Below are positions 22,841 to 24,000 of a DNA stretch of 24,000 nucleotides, in pieces. The notes beneath the pieces were generated by a model. It worked only from the letters and a program-made list of their open reading frames with translations, did no database searches and was not told the DNA's origin. The translations under genes were made by a program, and so were the position numbers. Every line of letters begins with the position of its first letter. Position 1 is the stretch's first letter. Source of the stretch: Novosphingobium pokkalii (GTDB lineage Bacteria; Pseudomonadota; Alphaproteobacteria; Sphingomonadales; Sphingomonadaceae); assembly GCF_014652855.1 (NCBI RefSeq), contig NZ_BMZP01000001.1, forward strand, positions 98,882 to 122,881, in the 5' to 3' direction.

Positions 22841-23482
22841 TCAGCGGACCGGCAGCACGGCGCCCAGCACCAGGGCATCGGCCGCGACATGGGTCTGGAA
22901 CCCGCCACCCAGGCCCTGTGCCAGTTGATGGAGCATGGCGGCGGGCGCGGTGCGGCTCGAAAGTTCGGCGGCGGGCAGGGTGCCGGCCAGGGCCTGGCCC
23001 ACCAGCGGATCGAACGCGATGCGCGGGCCACTGGCGCGGATCACCAGTTCGGTCGCGCCGTTTCTCACTTCACCGGCAATATCCAGCGTGCCGCCGCGCA
23101 CCAGCGCCTCGATCCCGATCAGCGCGAGGTTGAGCAGAGTCTTGACCGCCGCCTTGGGCAGCATGTCGTCGGCCAGCGCCCAGGCCACGCTGATGCGCGG
23201 ATTGGCCGCCACCAGAGCATCGACCAGTGCGCGCGGCTCGGCCACCGGCACCATGTCGCCAAAACCGCCCGCCGCGCCGAACGCCAGGCGGAAAAAGCGC
23301 AGCTTGTTGGCCGAACTGGTGGCGCTCTGTTCCAGCAATTCCATGCACTTCTGGCGCATTTCGGGGTCGCGTTCCTCGGCCAGCAGCTCCAACCCGTTGG
23401 TCAGCGCGCCCACTGGGCTCAACAAGTCGTGGCAAAGGCGCGAACAGAGCAGGCTGGCGAGATCGAGGGTGGCGATGGTCAT
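22841..23482 (-). CDS. chpT: Histidine phosphotransferase ChpT (CckA-ChpT-CtrA phosphorelay), 213 aa
   Basis: MTIATLDLASLLCSRLCHDLLSPVGALTNGLELL carries the phospho-accepting His in the ChpT-typical RxCHDL context. This is followed by ...RFFRLAFG... and an HK-like C-terminal fold. ATG at 23482. The ORF-track start at 23647 adds an implausible Arg-rich leader. Confidence 0.85.
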   Translation of the reverse strand: MTIATLDLASLLCSRLCHDLLSPVGALTNGLELLAEERDPEMRQKCMELLEQSATSSANKLRFFRLAFGAAGGFGDMVPVAEPRALVDALVAANPRISVAWALADDMLPKAAVKTLLNLALIGIEALVRGGTLDIAGEVRNGATELVIRASGPRIAFDPLVGQALAGTLPAAELSSRTAPAAMLHQLAQGLGGGFQTHVAADALVLGAVLPVR

Positions 23483-23556
23483 GGGACGTGGACAAGCCTT
23501 TACCAAATCATGCGTGGCAGACGATGCATGGCGCACCCTCTCCCCGGGCATTCGCC

Positions 23557-23976
23557 TTAACCGTCTGTGACGCGATAGGAAAGCGCCTGAAACACGGATG
23601 GCGTATCGCGCCAGATCGTAACTTTGCCCTGCGCCACGATCGCCCAAGTCCGCCGGTCGCCGGCAGCTTGCGCAGAATCGGTGGCAGAAGGCCTGGTCAA
23701 GCCATTGGGATGGCTATGAAAATAGCCCAGGACTTGCGGTGCGCCGGCCCGCGCTGCGCGATGCGCGGCGATCAGTGCGACCGGATCGATCTCGAAATGG
23801 TGCAGCGGATCTGGTGCCACATTGGTGCATTCCTGCGCCAGGGCGATGTGGTTTGCCTCGCCCAGCAGCAATCCGCAGGCTTCGCGCGGATGGGCGCGAT
23901 GGGCGGCGGCCAGCATGGTGGCTTGGGCGTTGGCGGTAATGGTGATGCCTGGCGCTGCGCCAGCGCCCTCCGACAA
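23557..23976 (-). CDS. JAB/MPN (JAMM) domain metalloprotease-like protein
   Basis: JAMM motif in GYFHSHPNGLTRPSATD (H-x-H-x7-S-x2-D) and the upstream Glu in PREACGLLLGE. The frame stays open to the window end. The 23976 start is a TTG, so the true start is uncertain and could lie outside the window. Confidence 0.75.
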   Translation of the reverse strand: MSEGAGAAPGITITANAQATMLAAAHRAHPREACGLLLGEANHIALAQECTNVAPDPLHHFEIDPVALIAAHRAARAGAPQVLGYFHSHPNGLTRPSATDSAQAAGDRRTWAIVAQGKVTIWRDTPSVFQALSYRVTDG

Positions 23977-24000
23977 GCTCAGGGCGAACGGGGGGTGGAG

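Noticed and set aside
23557-23571. Possible CtrA box (TTAA-N7-TGAC) upstream of chpT
   Set aside because: Only one TTAA half-site matches and it overlaps the JAB gene stop codon. That is too weak to call without a position-weight-matrix scan.

Overview
GC-rich chromosomal segment with tightly packed genes. It looks alphaproteobacterial and Sphingomonadaceae-like, judged from two TonB-dependent receptors, ChpT, a type-A RNase P RNA and aromatic-oxygenase content; this taxonomic call is inference only. I support 22 protein-coding genes, one ncRNA (rnpB) and a few terminator or operator candidates. I saw no transposase, integrase, CRISPR array, tRNA or rRNA.

Layout:
(1) 3-5213 (+): the tail of a TonB-dependent receptor, then an operon-like block of three tandem 2,4'-dihydroxyacetophenone-dioxygenase-like (DAD / ChrR-like) cupins, a VanA-type Rieske oxygenase, an SDR and a Zn-dependent alcohol dehydrogenase.
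(2) 5210-9688: on the minus strand, a 757-aa fusion of an APH/hydroxylysine-kinase-like domain with an ETNPPL/PHYKPL-like class-III PLP domain, followed by a class-I glutamine amidotransferase. A KgtP-like MFS permease is divergent from the fusion.
(3) 9648-11784: a LysR regulator divergent from glutathione-dependent formaldehyde dehydrogenase.
(4) 11851-17550: a second VanA-type Rieske oxygenase under a divergent TetR with two tandem palindromic operators, a full-length TonB-dependent receptor, a NodD/NahR-type LysR regulator and an orphan 4-TM protein.
(5) 17558-23976 (-): housekeeping genes, namely putA (no RHH domain), a RidA-family gene, rnpB, an AmpD-type amidase, chpT and a JAB/MPN protein.

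Best candidates for undescribed biology:
- the triple-cupin/Rieske/SDR/ADH block, possibly cleavage of an aryl alpha-hydroxyketone side chain;
- the kinase-phospholyase-type fusion with its GATase and permease;
- the TetR/NodD-type controlled Rieske plus TonB-receptor module.

Most very long ORFs in the six-frame track are antisense shadows typical of GC-rich DNA. All family assignments come from motif reading and recall, not from database searches.
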